Shown piece by piece: positions 36,521-50,106 of a DNA stretch of 64,000 nt. Both the position numbers and the translations under genes were made by a program. The notes under the pieces were generated by a model, which was not told where the DNA came from, ran no database searches, and was given only the letters and a program-made list of their open reading frames with translations. How positions within the stretch are numbered: the stretch's first letter is position 1; every line of letters begins with the position of its first letter. The stretch is from Octopus sinensis (lineage: Eukaryota), in the NCBI RefSeq assembly GCF_006345805.1, contig NC_043001.1, forward strand, positions 28,768,001-28,832,000, written 5' to 3'.

Positions 36521-36804
36521 CTGCAAGGGGGAAAGGTGGGGTGATGACAAGTAGTTTTTAAGGTAGATAACCCTGGCTATACTGTTTGACACCATGGTAG
36601 ACCGCATACTATACTAGTACTGATTTAAATTTACTTAAAAAACAAAACAAAACAACAAAAAATGGAGATATCACAGGTTTTAATCACCATTCTATCATAC
36701 CAGATTCGAAGATGAGATTGGCAGAAAATTTATCAAAGAGCTTAAAACTCAAAGGAATAAGTGGAAATGTTTTAACATTTCACACATGGTTCTGCTTTGC
36801 AATC

Positions 36805-37435
36805 ATGTGGTCCCAGGCTAGGTCCTACAGCATGGCACCTTGGGCAAGTATCTTATACAACAGTTTTGGGCCACCCAGTGCCATGCGAGTGAATTTGGTA
36901 CATGGAAACTGTGTCAAAGTCATTCATACACACACACTCACATGTACCTGTAAATGTGTGTGTGTGGGTCTTTGTGTTTGACACCAGCATCACCACCTGA
37001 CAACCATGATTGGCTTGTTTGCACCCCTGTAACTTAGCAATAGGCACCAATAGAATCAGTACCAAACAAAAAAAAGTACAGGAATCAATTTGACAAAAAC
37101 CCTTCAAGGTGGTAACCCAGCATGAGTGTGTAGTAAGATGTTTGCTTCCCAACAACATGGGTTCTGGGTTCAGTTACACTGTGTGGCACCTTGGGTAGGT
37201 GTCTTCCACTATAGCCTTGGTTCAACCAAAGACTTGAGTAGATTTGGTAGATGGAAACTGATAAAAGCCCATCCTATATATATGTGTGTGTGTGTCTCTC
37301 CCCGACCACCGCTTGACAACTGGTGTTGGTGTGTTTACGTTCCTGTAACTTAGTTAGTCAGTAAAAGAGAGCAATAGGATGAGATACCAAGCTTAGCAAA
37401 ACATAAGTGCTAGGGGTCAACTCATTTGACTAAAA
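36805..37435 (+). mobile_element. Two tandem diverged OR-type SINEs
   Basis: Family motifs at about 36805-37110 and about 37115-37435. Confidence 0.7.
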
Positions 37436-37751
37436 ATTCTGATATAATCAACATCTTCCTCCCCACAAAAACTGCCAGCCCTTTGTCAAAATTTAAAACC
37501 ATTATTATTATTAACTAAGGCAGCAAGGTGACAGAATTGTTAGCATACCAGGCAAAATACTTAGAGCATAAAGATGGATGAAATGCCGCTAAGTTCAAAT
37601 TCCACCAAGGTCAAATTTGCCTTTCATTCCTTACAGGGTCAATAAATTAATTCCAGTGAAACACTGGGGTCAATGTAATTGACTTAACCCTCCCCAAAAT
37701 TGCAGGCCTTGTGCCTATAGTAGAAAAGAATATTATTATTACTACTACTAC

Positions 37752-38200
37752 TAAGGTGGCAATCTGGCAGAAGCACTAGCACGCCAGGCAAAATGCTTAG
37801 CGATATTTCGTCTGTCTTTACATTCTGAGTTCAAATTCCACAGAGATCGACTTTGCTTTTCATCCTTTCGGGATCAATAAATTAAGTACTAGTTGCGTAC
37901 TGGAGTCAATCTAAATGACTGGCCCCCTCCCCAAAAATTTCAGGCCTCAAATTCCACCGGGATCGACTTTGCTTTTCATCCTTTCGGAGTTGATAAATTA
38001 AGTACCATTTGCGTACTGGAGTTGATCTAACTGACTGGCTCCCTCCCCAAAAATTTCAGGCCTCAAATTCTATCGAAATCGACTTTGCTTTTTATCCTTT
38101 TTGGGTCGATAAATTAAGTACCAGTTGCATACTGAGGTCAATCTAATTGACTAGCCCCCTCCCCAAAAATTTCAGGCCTGGTGCCTAGAGTAGAAAAGAT
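37752..38200 (+). mobile_element. Second-family SINE with triplicated 116-bp internal segment
   Basis: CAAATTC recurs at 37832, 37948 and 38064. Confidence 0.8.
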
Positions 38201-38548
38201 CATTACTACTCAATGGTATAAAACTATTGCATGTTTCATTAAAACGTCTTTCATGCCTATGCAGTTACTTCATTTTCGTTAGCCCCAAATCTGCTGTACC
38301 TTGCTGAGTCGTTTCCATGTTCTAAAAGTCTGTGTCTATTTTTTTTTCAGTCACATGTGTCAAAACAGGGTACTGGGACAACAGCTGGCACTTATTAAAC
38401 ATAAAACATGACCTACAAGCTCCACAAAAAAGTAAATATATGGGAAAAAAAAAAGTGTTTAATTCCCTTCCCACTTCGAGGGGGGGAATAAATACCATAT
38501 TGCTTGTCAGTCTGTGAGTGACTCTCTTTCCCTATTTAAATATATTAC

Positions 38549-38941
38549 ATACTAGCAGTATCACCCGGCGTTGCTCGGGTTTGTAAGGGAAATAACTATA
38601 TAAGCATTTTTAGAGAGTTATAGCCAAAAAATAGCAAAAAAATGCATTAAAAATGGGAAAAAAATTATGGTAAATTTTTTTTTTAAATCGTTGACTCATC
38701 GTAGACATTTTTAGAGAGTTACTTCCCTTATATAATAGCGAAAAAATGCATTAAAATGGAGAAAGATGATGGTAATTTTTTTTTTTAAATCGTAGACTCA
38801 TGCTAATACCCAGAAGGGCTCGATATGAATCACGACTATAAGATACCCGGTTTTGGTTAAACTGCACCGCAAAATGTGAGAGTAGTTAGGAATCTAAATC
38901 GTAGGAGACAGACACACAACCTTACTTTTATATATAAAGAT
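38549..38941 (+). mobile_element. Helitron/Helentron-associated non-autonomous element (HINE/Lep1-like)
   Basis: Starts ATACTAGCAGTATCACCCGGCGTTGCTCGGG and ends GACAGACACACAACC...TTTATATATAAAGAT. No TIR or TSD seen. Confidence 0.55.
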
Positions 38942-39004
38942 ATATATATTATATATATATATATATATACACACATATATATATATATATAAATACTTTA
39001 TTAT

Positions 39005-39516
39005 ATACTAGCAGTATCGCCCGGCGTTGCTCGGGTTTGTAAGGGAAATAACTATATAAGCATTTTTAGAGAGTTACTTCCCTTATAGATGTCAATTCGG
39101 GCTTTCTTAGCCATTTCTGTTTTGGTGTCTTCAAGCCATGAAGTCGTTGTTCTAAAAGAACGCTGGTCTCCTTGACAACGCATTACGACGTTGATTTCTT
39201 TACACTCCCTTCCCCACAGCTTCACGTGGGAGGGAAGGGGGAGAAGCAAACAGGTGCAGGTGTTTGAGCGTGGACACCAACTCCGCCGCCATCGACACAC
39301 GAAAAATTATGCATTAAAATGGAATAAAAAATTATGTTAAATTATTTTTAAAATCGTAGACTCATCGTAGACGCGCGCTAATACCCAGAAGGGCTTGATA
39401 TGAATCACGACTATAAGATACCCGGTTTTGGTTAAACTGCACCGCAAAATGTGGGAGGAGTTAGGAATCTAAATCGTAGGAGACAGACACACAACTTGAC
39501 TTTTATATATAAAGAT
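39005..39516 (+). mobile_element. Second copy of the same Helitron-like element, different internal module
   Basis: Same termini as 38549-38941, with a distinct segment at about 39087-39300. Confidence 0.55.
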
Positions 39517-39928
39517 ATAAGATATATGAGGGGAAGTATTCAGAACATAAGAGTTAATGATAACAATAGTTAAAAACTGAGATTTTGCACTATTGTACCG
39601 CCAAGTTCTGCATGTTCACTTCACAACCCCAGCCATAGCTCGAAGCAAAAATGCAAAACTCAGAGCAGTGATGATGTATAAGAAATAAAATTTTAAAAAG
39701 TCTTTTAATTATTCTGTACAAATGAGCAATTACACAGCAGTTGAGAGACCATCCCAATTCAGTGTCAGAACAGTAAAATAATTCCAGACAAATGACATTA
39801 CTAATAAACATAACTAAATTTCGTTTTTTGTATTTGGTTTGCAAGATTCTTTATCTGAATTTGTGTGTTGAAGCATATTTTATTGTGTCTGGGGAAAGTC
39901 ATTCTCTTTTAGTGCCTTATTACTTAAC

Positions 39929-40158
39929 ACACTCACCGGTTCGATTTCCACTCATTTACTTATTGATTTTTACTAAAATTTTCATTGCGACTTGTAACCT
40001 TTTCAATAGGCTTTCACTGTATTCTTTTTGTTTGTTTGTGTGCATGCATGCGCTTGTTAGTTTTTTTTTTGTCTGTTGATTTGTTATTTTTGTTGTATTT
40101 TACACATGTGCACAAAAAAAAAAAGAAGTAATTGAGTGAAAATCAGACCGGTGTGTGT
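39929..40158. mobile_element. Small CAC-terminated TIR element (MITE)
   Basis: 30-bp TIRs: ACACTCACCGGTTCGATTTCCACTCATTTA vs rc ACACACACCGGTCTGATTTTCACTCAATTA. Confidence 0.5.
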
Positions 40159-41319
40159 GTCAGATTAATAAGGTACTAAAAGAGAAGGACTCTCCCCAGA
40201 CAGAAAAAAGTATTACTAAATATTTCCTCACTTTTTTGCTTTCCTCTTACTTGCTTGCTTCAGTCATGCTTGGACATTACCTTGAAGAGTTTTATTCAAA
40301 TGAAAACTGTCTCCAGTACTTATTCCAACAGTCTCTTTTGCCGCACCACAAAGTTATGGATGTACACAAACTGACACTAGTCATTGGGGGTGAAACATAA
40401 ACACAAGCACAAACACATATTCTTTTCTTTTACTTGTCTCAGTTATTTGACTGTAGCCATGCTGGAGAACCATCTTAAAAGGGTTTTAGTCGAAGAAATT
40501 GACCCCAAGAGTTATTGTTTGTCAGCCTAGTACTTGGTTGTTGGGGAGGGGACATAAACACAACCACAAAAAACACACACACACAAATTCTTCTATTCTT
40601 TTACTGGTTTCAGTTAATTGACTGTGGCCATGCTGGGGAACCGCTTTAAATGGTTTTAGTTGAAGAAACTGACCCCAGGACTTATTGTTTGTAAGCCTAG
40701 TACTTATTCTAGTCAAGCAAAATCACAGTCATGGCAGATACTGGTGTCACACAAGTGGCACCCATACCAGTGGCATGTAAAAGCACCCATTACACTCTCA
40801 GAGTGGTTGGTGTCAGGAAGGGCATCCAGTTATAGAAACCACACCAAATCAGACTGGATTCTGGCACAGCCTTCCAGCATGCACAACAGACGCTAAATGA
40901 TCATGAACATGGTGATGACTTTTGCCAAACCGCTAAGTTACAGGGATGTAAGCATAGACACAAAGACAAACACACACACACATACGATAAGCTTCTTTCA
41001 GTTTCCATCAACCAAATCCACTCACAAGGATTTGGTCAGTCCAAGCCGGTTCCTGTCATTTTTTCTCGCCCCCTCCTCATTTCTTCTGTCCCTCTGCCTC
41101 TCTCTCTTCACTTCCCATGTGACCTGTGTTCAGTCAAGCCTGACCTTTCTTTCTTGGTTCAACTGCTGTCCATGCAACATCTATATTCTTCCTTGTGCCT
41201 GTGAAATCTTGTATCCCTGCCATAAGGCTTTACTGCCACACACGCCAGCTTAATTTAATTCATCCTTAGTCGAAAGCCACCTGTTGTTATGTCCTATTAT
41301 TTGTGAAATAGGCTCGTTT

Positions 41320-41715
41320 AAAAGTACCCTTCTTGAGAAGACCTGTTGAGTCGAGTGAAATCGTAGTCGTGGCCAATTCCACTGCCGCCTGACTGGCATA
41401 CATGCTGGTGGCACGTAAAAAGCACCATTCAAGCATGGTCGATGCCAATACCATCTGACTGGCTCCTGTGCCAGTGGCACATAAAAAGCACTATTCAAGT
41501 GTGGTTGATGCCAGTGTTGCCTGACTGTCTCCCGTGCCCGTGGCACATAAAAAGCAGCTGCTACACTCTTGGAGTGGTTGGCGTTAGGAAGGGCATCCAG
41601 CAGTAGAAACCTTGCCAGACCAGATCGGAGCCTGGTGCAACCACCTGGCTTGCCAGTCCTTAGTCAAACCATCCAACCCATGCCAGCATGGAAGGCGGAT
41701 GTTAAACAATGATGA
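41320..41715 (+). mobile_element. RTE 3'UTR/tail fragment
   Basis: GTGGCAC(G/A)TAAAAAGCA repeats and family tail. Confidence 0.8.
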
Positions 41716-42071
41716 TATATGAATGCATGACAGACTTCTTTCACTTTCTGTCTACTAAATCCATTCACAAGACTAGCCCAGGACTATAGTAGAAGACACT
41801 TGTCCAAATTGTGATGCAGTGGTACTGAACCCAGAACCATACAGTTGGGAAGCAGACTTGTTACCACACAACCATGCCTGTGCAAACCTAGCGACAAAAT
41901 TAAGCTAAACTAGGGCCAAACTGGCAAGGATGAGGCACACAATTTTCTCAAATTTATTTATAACAAAATAAATAAGACAACACAGTTACAATTTATGGTG
42001 AAAAATATTATAATATAGAATTTGGCAAAACAGAATGCAAATCGTGTCTTTTTACTTTTTCCTCTGAAGGC

Positions 42072-42450
42072 ACAGGTGTGGCTGCTTCCCAACCACATGG
42101 TTCTGGGTTCAGTCCCACTGCATGGCATCTTGGGTAAGTGTCTTCTACTAAAGCCTCAGGCCAACCAAAGCCTTGCGAGTAAATTTGGTAGATGGAAACT
42201 GAAAGAATCCCATCATATATATGTGTGTCTGTGTCTTTGTATATGTTTGTCCCCCACTACTGCTTGTTAAAAACCAGTGTTGGTATGTCTATGTCCCCGT
42301 AACTTAGTGGTTCAGTAAAAGAGACTGATAGAATAAATACTAGGCTTAACGAAAGTAAGTACTGGAGTGAATTCATCTAAGCAAAAATTCTTCATGGTAG
42401 TGCCCCAGCATGGCCACAGTCTAATGACTGAAACAAGTAAAAGAAAAGAA
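42072..42450 (+). mobile_element. OR-type SINE, diverged
   Basis: Family motifs. Confidence 0.75.
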
Positions 42451-43689
42451 GCAAACTAGTGTGTGTGTGTGTTTTAACTTTCACAATGCGTCATTGTATA
42501 TTTCAATTTTAAATCTGTTTTAAAAATCTCATTTCTTAATAATTTCATAATCTTATTGTAATTTACACCAAACTCCTCTGGTAAAATCATTTTAATTACA
42601 TTATCCGTTTCTTTTTAAATCTACATGTCAATTAAACTTATCTTAACTTTATTATTATTATTATTAAGGTGGTGATCTGGTAGAATCATTAGCACTCTGA
42701 ACGGAATGCTTAATGGTATTTGCCCGTCACAAAGTTCTGAGTTCAAATTCCACCGAGGTCAACGTTATCTATCATCCTTTTGGCGTTGATAAAATAATTA
42801 CCAGTTGAACACTGGGGTTGATATAATCAACTCATTCCTTCCTCCAAAACTACTGCTCTTTTGGAAAAATTTGAAACCATCATTATTATTGTTATTATTA
42901 AGGCAGGGTGCTGGCAGAATTGTTAGGATACTGAGCAAAATGCTTAACGGTATTTCGCCCAGCACTACGTTCTGAGTTCTAATTCCGCCGAGGTCGACTT
43001 TGCCTTTCATTTTTTGGGGGTCAATAAATTAAGTACCAATGAAACACGGGGGGGGGGTCGATGTAATTGAGTAATCCCTCACCACAAATTTCAGGCGTTG
43101 TGCCTTTAGTAGAAAGGATTATTATTATTATTATTATTATTAAATTTTGAAATAAAATGTTATGTTCAAGAAAACTACTACCAATCTTTTTAAAGGAAAT
43201 TTTAATGCAACAGACAGGCTGACAGATTTACACAACACACAAATATATATACACACAGTCATTCACACACACACACTCCCACCCTGACAAGCTTGTAATG
43301 GGTGTGAATGTCTATAAAGTTTGAGAACAAGTGCTATAAACTTCCAAAACAGAAACATAAGCCTTTTATCAGAATAGGACTACGGTTGCCTTAGGATAGT
43401 AAAACTGGGGGAATATCAGTGGGGTGTGAGAGACAAGAGAACGACAAACATATGATTCTGGAATCTAATTTCAGGGCCAACATCAGCACCACCACCACCA
43501 ACAACAACAACTGAAGATAGAAGAAAAAAAATAAAGGGTAGCCCCCTGTCACAGAAAAAAAAATATGCAGAAGCAAGTGTGGATATCTCTCCTGTTAATA
43601 ATATTAAACATGAAGAATACCACCAGAAGGAACAGACCGAGGCGGGCAGGGGAAGGAAAGAATTCTAAAGCCTTATTTCAACATCAGCA

Positions 43690-43980
43690 TAAGGTCAAGG
43701 TCCTAAATTTACAAAGGATAAGAACTACTAGTAGTCAAGGTTCTAAATTTAAAGGGGATAAGACAATGTGATGTTGTGAGGTTCATACATTTACTAATGG
43801 TCGAGACTCAAAATAAAGAGGATAAGGGGATGTGTTGAGATATTCATACATTTGTGAATGGTCAAGATTCTAAATTTATGGAGGATAAGAAAATGTGATG
43901 TGGTGGTCTTCATATATTTACAAATGGTCAAGATTCTAAATTTATAGACAATAAGAGAATGTGATGTTGTGATATATGAT
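43690..43980 (+). repeat. Degenerate ~61-66-bp tandem repeat, about 4-5 units
   Basis: ATGGTC(A/G)AGA at 43797, 43858 and 43924, each followed by GATAAG and TGTG motifs. Confidence 0.7.
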
Positions 43981-44049
43981 TAAGTGGCATGGGTGCCGAG
44001 TCATGTAATTAATTTTTTCGGATGCTTAGCTAAATTTATTTGGAGTCAT

Positions 44050-44610
44050 TGTAGTTTGCTTCCCAACCACATGGTTCTGGGTTCAATCCCACTGCATGGC
44101 ACCTACAGCAAGTGCCTTCTACTATAGACCTAAGCTGACCAAAGCCTTGTGAGTGGATTTGGTAGATGGAAACTGAAAGAAGCCCATCATGTATACATGT
44201 GTGTGCTGTGGGTGGCAGATAGCAGTGTCATGCAAATTGGCACGTAAAAGAACCCACTACACTCTCGGAGTGGTTGGCGTTAGGAAGGGCATCCAGCCGT
44301 AGAAAACCATGCCAAATCAGACTGGAGTGTGGTACAGCCTTCAAACATGGACAACGGACGTTAAATGATGATGATGGTGGTGATGAGACTGTGTTTTGTC
44401 CCCCGTCATTGCTGCACACCCAGTGTTGGTATGTTTACATCCCCATAAACTAACGGTTCAGCAAAAAGTGACTGACAGAATAAGCACCAACTTAAAGAAA
44501 CAAATATTGGGGGTGAGGAAAATTTTTCATATTTGTATGAATCGGATCAAGAAGATGCCCGAGCATAGCTGCAGTTCAACAAATGAAACAAAGATATATA
44601 ATGTGGATTT
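44050..44610 (+). mobile_element. OR-type SINE with an RTE tail (about 44235-44385) in its microsatellite
   Basis: SINE head, then RTE (GAT)n tail, then the SINE 3' half resumes. Confidence 0.7.
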
Positions 44611-44754
44611 AATAAGGTATTAAACTATAAAAAATCAAGGTATCTAGGTGAAAGAATATTTGGCAAGATTCAGATAAATGTATGTGCATTCTTTATTCTT
44701 TCAGTATTTGTAAATGTTCATGTACTGTGTATGTGATAGGATATATGCATATGT

Positions 44755-45097
44755 GCATGTGTCTGGATTCAGTCCCACTGCATGGCACCTTGGGCAAGTG
44801 TCTTCTACTATAGCCTCGGCCCGACCAAAGCCTTGTGAGTGGATTTGGTAGACGGAAACTGAAAGAAGCCAGTCGTATATATGTATATGTGTTTGTGTCT
44901 CTGTATTTGTCCCCCCCCACCCACCGCTTGACAACCGATGCTGGTGTGTTTACGTCCCAGTAAATTAACGGTTCGGCAAAAAGAGACCGATAGAATAAGT
45001 AGTGGGCTTACAAAGAATAAGTCCTGGGGTCGACTTGCTCGACTAAAGGCGATGCTCCAGCATGGCTGCAGCCAAATGACTGAAACAAGTAAAAGAG
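44755..45097 (+). mobile_element. OR-type SINE, 5'-clipped, CpG-rich
   Basis: Family consensus. Confidence 0.85.
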
Positions 45098-45679
45098 TAT
45101 GCATACATATGTATTTACCCGTGCCTTTGTATATATATACGTGTATGTGTGTATATGTACACACACACACACACACATAATTCCATCATCAGACGTTATA
45201 ATTTCCAAGTGAAGCCACCCACCAAGTACCTAGTAACTCGTACAAACAAAACGGATCCAGCAGGCCCACTTTCATACACATGTGAACGTCTGTGAATGGC
45301 TCATGTGGTTGTGTGCGTGGGTTGCTAAAAAGCACGGAACAATTGGCATATCGTACACACATCGCACAAACGGAAGAATTAATTTTGAAACATACACACA
45401 CACACACAAATGACGCAAAAAGAAGCACTTTATGGCATTCATTTCCATCCATACCAAAGCTTGCGGACGACAAAAATAAATAATTGGGGATAACCAGTCA
45501 ACTACCGACTGCTAAGACAAGACATTACGAATTCACATGTCCTATTCATCTCAGACTTAAAAAACAGATGGGGAAGGCGCGAGCGAAGATTCGCCTGTGA
45601 AATGTTAATGTGTCTATGAGAAAAATAACACTTATTCGTTTTACACACACGTGTATGTGGTGGGGGGAGTGTTTATATA

Positions 45680-45724
45680 TATAAATGTATACATATATAT
45701 ATATACACACACACACACATATAT

Positions 45725-45779
<55 letters not shown>

Positions 45780-46094
45780 CACATACATATATAAACATAT
45801 ATATATACACATATACATATATACACACACATATATAAACATATACACACACACATATACATATATACACATATACACACACACACATATACATATATAC
45901 ACATATACACACATATACACACACACACATACACATATATACACATATACACACACATACATACACATATACATATATACACATATACACACACACACAC
46001 ATATATACACATATACACACACACACATACATATATAAACATATATATACACATATACACATACATATATAAACATATACACACACATACATAT

Positions 46095-46137
<43 letters not shown>

Positions 46138-46250
46138 CACAGACACATATACACACACACACATATATATATATATACGTACTTATATACACACATGTAT
46201 AGATATAAGTAGATATATGTATATAAAATGTGTGTGTGTGTGTGTACACA
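45680..46250. repeat. Compound (CA/TA)n microsatellite
   Basis: Direct reading. Source of the spurious VCVY/HTHT ORFs. Confidence 0.95.
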
Positions 46251-46683
46251 CGTATGTTTCTATGTATGGATGTTTGTATATGCGTGAGTATATCCTCACC
46301 GTTTTCATGTCCAATTTTCCATATTTGTATGAATCGGACATAATCCGTTGGCGGCATGATTCCTAGCACTAGATGCTCTTCCTGTCACAAACTCTCGCCT
46401 ATTTCAAAGCAAAGTAATATTTTCCCCGTGACCAGACATATTTTCACGGAAACATTGGAGGTTAAAAAAAAAAAAAACGACGCTGCTTTTGTGATTGTGC
46501 TATTGATTTACACCTGAGTGGACTGGAGCAACGTGAGATAAAGTGTCTTGTTGAAGGATACATTGCGCTGCCGGGAATGGAAACCACGACCTTACGAACG
46601 TGAGGCGAATACCTACCTCTAACCACTAAGTCACTCACCTAGCAAAAATGAGTAGTACCTGTATTTCAAATGGCCAGCCTTTG

Positions 46684-47075
46684 TTCGGTTTGAACGGCAG
46701 TTTTTTAAAATAATTTCCACATAACTAAACACTTTTAAACTTCGTATACTGGTAGAATATGTTTATAAAACATCTTTTTCTCTAGGCTTTATTGAGAAAA
46801 TTCTATAGCTTGTAAGATATTTGTTGTTTTTCTTCAATTTCTGCAATTTCAACCAATCAATAACGTCTATTGATGTAAAAAAACATTCCGTGCCGTATGA
46901 ATGTCCCTCGTTTAAGAAACAGATTGGGTTTATTTACATTTGTGAAGAAAAAAAGATACCCTTCCCCCACCCCTAACCCTAAAACAGATTGAAATGCAAT
47001 AGATCGATACAAGGGTCATAATTATGGGTGACAATTTCATATGACACCGCTAGAAAAACTGCCGTTCAAACCGAA
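46684..47075. mobile_element. Unclassified TIR element (MITE)
   Basis: Perfect 21-bp TIR TTCGGTTTGAACGGCAGTTTT / AAAACTGCCGTTCAAACCGAA. Confidence 0.75.
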
Positions 47076-47399
47076 AAGATCCACATTCTGTACTCTGTAT
47101 TTCCCCCGAAAACTACGTTAAGGATACACGTGTCTGGATTGCTCAGCCACTTGCACGTTAATTCAACGTCAGACTGCTCCCCTTGATTGGATCAACCAGA
47201 ACCCACGTCGTCGTAACCGACGGAGTGCAATCAAATTGGTTTACAATTATGACGATGATATTCGTTTACAAATGAGAAATTTTACAGTTGACTGTGCTCA
47301 AAGGAGTATGTGACAGTGAGGTCATCGTCTTTAGGAAAGAGAATATGCTTAAAACCTTCTTTTCCCTCGGGTGATGCTCCTAATAGTGTCAAATAACAT

Positions 47400-48070
47400 C
47401 AGTGACTTAACTGTAAATACAGACAACCTTAGCTGGAAAGCACACATCAACAATTCAGTCGATATGGCCTGCAGAATGTGCTCAAGGATCCTTAGAACCC
47501 TCCAGATCAGAGATCAGCCTCCTCTTCTCTACATTTAACAGGTTTCATTTTGAATTCTGCTGCCACCTATTATCTCGCTACACACAAAAAAAATCCTTAT
47601 AAGAACTAAAGCATACAGAGATCGATCAAAGAAAAAGAATAAAGGACATGACAGACCTTGACTATTGGCATCGCGCCAAAAAGCTCAAACTTTATTTTCT
47701 CCGACGCTGTACTGAGCGCAACATCATTTGCACAATATATTCTGGAATGTATTCCATCAACACAGTCCAAACCTTGGTGGTATCAAGTTCATACGTGTCA
47801 CCCAAGACTTGGCCCCAGAACGAAAATGCCTCATTACAAAAAAAAGTCAAGCTTACATCACATAACAATGCAACACAACTTTTGGTTTCAACTGATCCTG
47901 TCTTATCCAACATTATTCCAAAAGATAACACAGAAGAAAATGACCCATAATATTCCAACAGAACATGGACAAATTCCTCCAAGAAATAACAAACCACTGA
48001 CACCTAAAAACATCTTGTGAAACAACTCCCTACTCAAGTGGGCCATATCTTAAAACATGACTTAAAAGTA
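47400..48070 (+). mobile_element. CR1/L2-group LINE 3' remnant
   Basis: LSWKAHIN..., DLDYWHRAKKLKLYFLRRCTERNII. Homologous to the C-terminal part of 24003-25600. Confidence 0.7.
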
Positions 48071-48164
48071 CTCCAGGTGGTGCTGTTAACTTAGATACGG
48101 CCAAAACTTTCAATTATCTAAGTGTGTGCTTGTATACACACGCACATTATAGGCAGACCTAAAG

Positions 48165-48232
<68 letters not shown>

Positions 48233-50066
48233 GGGAAGGAGGTTGTTTCCTGACATTTAACTGCAACATTTAATCAAAGTCCAAAAACTTGAGCAAAATA
48301 TATAAATAAATAAAATAAAAGAGGAAAAACTAATTTCATCTATTTTCATTTCTTTTTTTTTATTATTTTTCTTTTTTGTGTTTGTATTTGTGCATGTGCG
48401 CATATTTTTAGAACAAAAACAGAATTATATTATAGCAGTTATTTGAAGTCAACGAATAACCAGTCAGCTGTACAGTAAACAAAAGTTTGGCTTCTGTTTT
48501 TTTAAAGTTAAAAACCAAATAATTAAAACACAGTATTTTGACTGACACCCAGAAAAAATCGGTCAGATGGGTAATTTATCATTCTATCTATCTATCCAAC
48601 AGCTTAGCTTCATCCATGGATCTAAGGCAACTTGACTCAAGAAAACGTAATTTGGACAAAACAGTTTGACTGAGCAACCAGTGTGCTATTCTTATTGTTT
48701 TTTAACACCAGGTCAAACCAGACATCCAGCAAGACCTATGATTAAATACATCTTCACTCCGTTCTTTAACAACATTATTGATTGTCTTTTCCCTATTTAG
48801 GAAAAATAGGTATAGTTCTCGAGAAGTGGAAAGGGATTTGTTTGCTATTACCAGCAGGTCGAGTACTGAGAGATTCTCTTTCGTTGACTCAAATCAAATA
48901 GTATATAAAAAGCAGGCTCTGTGGAGCAGGTTGAAGATGTGACAAGGTGGTAATAATCGTAGTACTGATGATGAAGGTGGTGGTGCTATAGTGGTTATGG
49001 ACGTATAGCGCTGTTGCTTAACTCTAGATCAGTCCTGAGCGAGCAGACATGATCAAATGCTTTCTATTTGAGACCATCCTGTCATTGTCTTCAGGCATTG
49101 GGTATCTAAAGGGCATCCCTATACAATAGAGTCGGAATTTATCAAGATACAAAAGTTGTAATGTTTAAAGTATTGTAAACTAAGAACATAAAAAATAACA
49201 TATTGACGAGGAGAGAAGCACGGTTTTTCCAGTGACTTTTCAGTTTTGTTTTTCTTTAGATTATTTTCCCCAGATTTAATGTTTTAAACATATGATTTTT
49301 TTAAAAATTACTTTTGTAAATTCGAGCAAAAAACAAAAACTTAAACATGTCAAAATTGAAAATTAACGGAAATGAGGAAGAGCAAAAATACCCACAAATT
49401 GTTCAGCTCATTTGTAATCTACAAAGCTTACTTAAAATATACAAATCCAAAGAAATCACTGGTTTCCGACTCTATTCTACAGGAATATTTATATAACATA
49501 TTCCTTACAGAAACACCAGAATATGATTTGAAAGATACTAGGCTGCTATTTTTAGCACACAGGACCTTGTTGGCTGGCGTTGACGTAGAGAATGCAATTA
49601 TAGCCACCAAGACGGAACTCTATTTCAGCCCAAGGTTAGCATGTGACCATGCTATCGTTTTGTATGTCCAAGATTATTATTATTCAATGTACCCTTCAAG
49701 ACCAGAGCGTGTGATTTGATGGAAATCCTGCTGCTATTTCAGAAAGGCCTATACACTGCGTAGAGATTCCCTCGTTGGTGACAACACAATACTGGCAAAG
49801 CAAAAGAGGCGAGTTGCTGAATAATGAATGAGCAGCTGTCTGTACAGAGAAAACTTTTTTTTTTTTAGAGCGGGACGCGACTTTTAGGAAGGATGGTTGG
49901 TCGACTAATTAAATCAACAAGTAAACATTATATAGAGAAATATAAGAGTACAACAGAGTTTTCTTTGAGCATTCAGGAGTGGAAGTTATGGATATATACT
50001 TATATAAGATAAATGTTCGAGATATATATATATATATATATATACCATTCAAAACTTTTTATTCAT

Positions 50067-50106
<40 letters not shown>

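Noticed and set aside
45546-46369. Long ORFs (117-242 aa) rich in VCVY/HTHT
   Set aside because: Translations of a CA/TA microsatellite. The same applies to 57784-58403.
48901-48912. TATA-like GTATATAAAAAG
   Set aside because: Uninformative in TA-rich DNA, and the downstream sequence is repeat-derived.
49511-49634. Exon-like segment within ORF 49372-49719
   Set aside because: Plausible splice sites on both strands, and the 3' part runs into a dispersed repeat also seen near 15320, 28400 and 50200. No homolog recognised.
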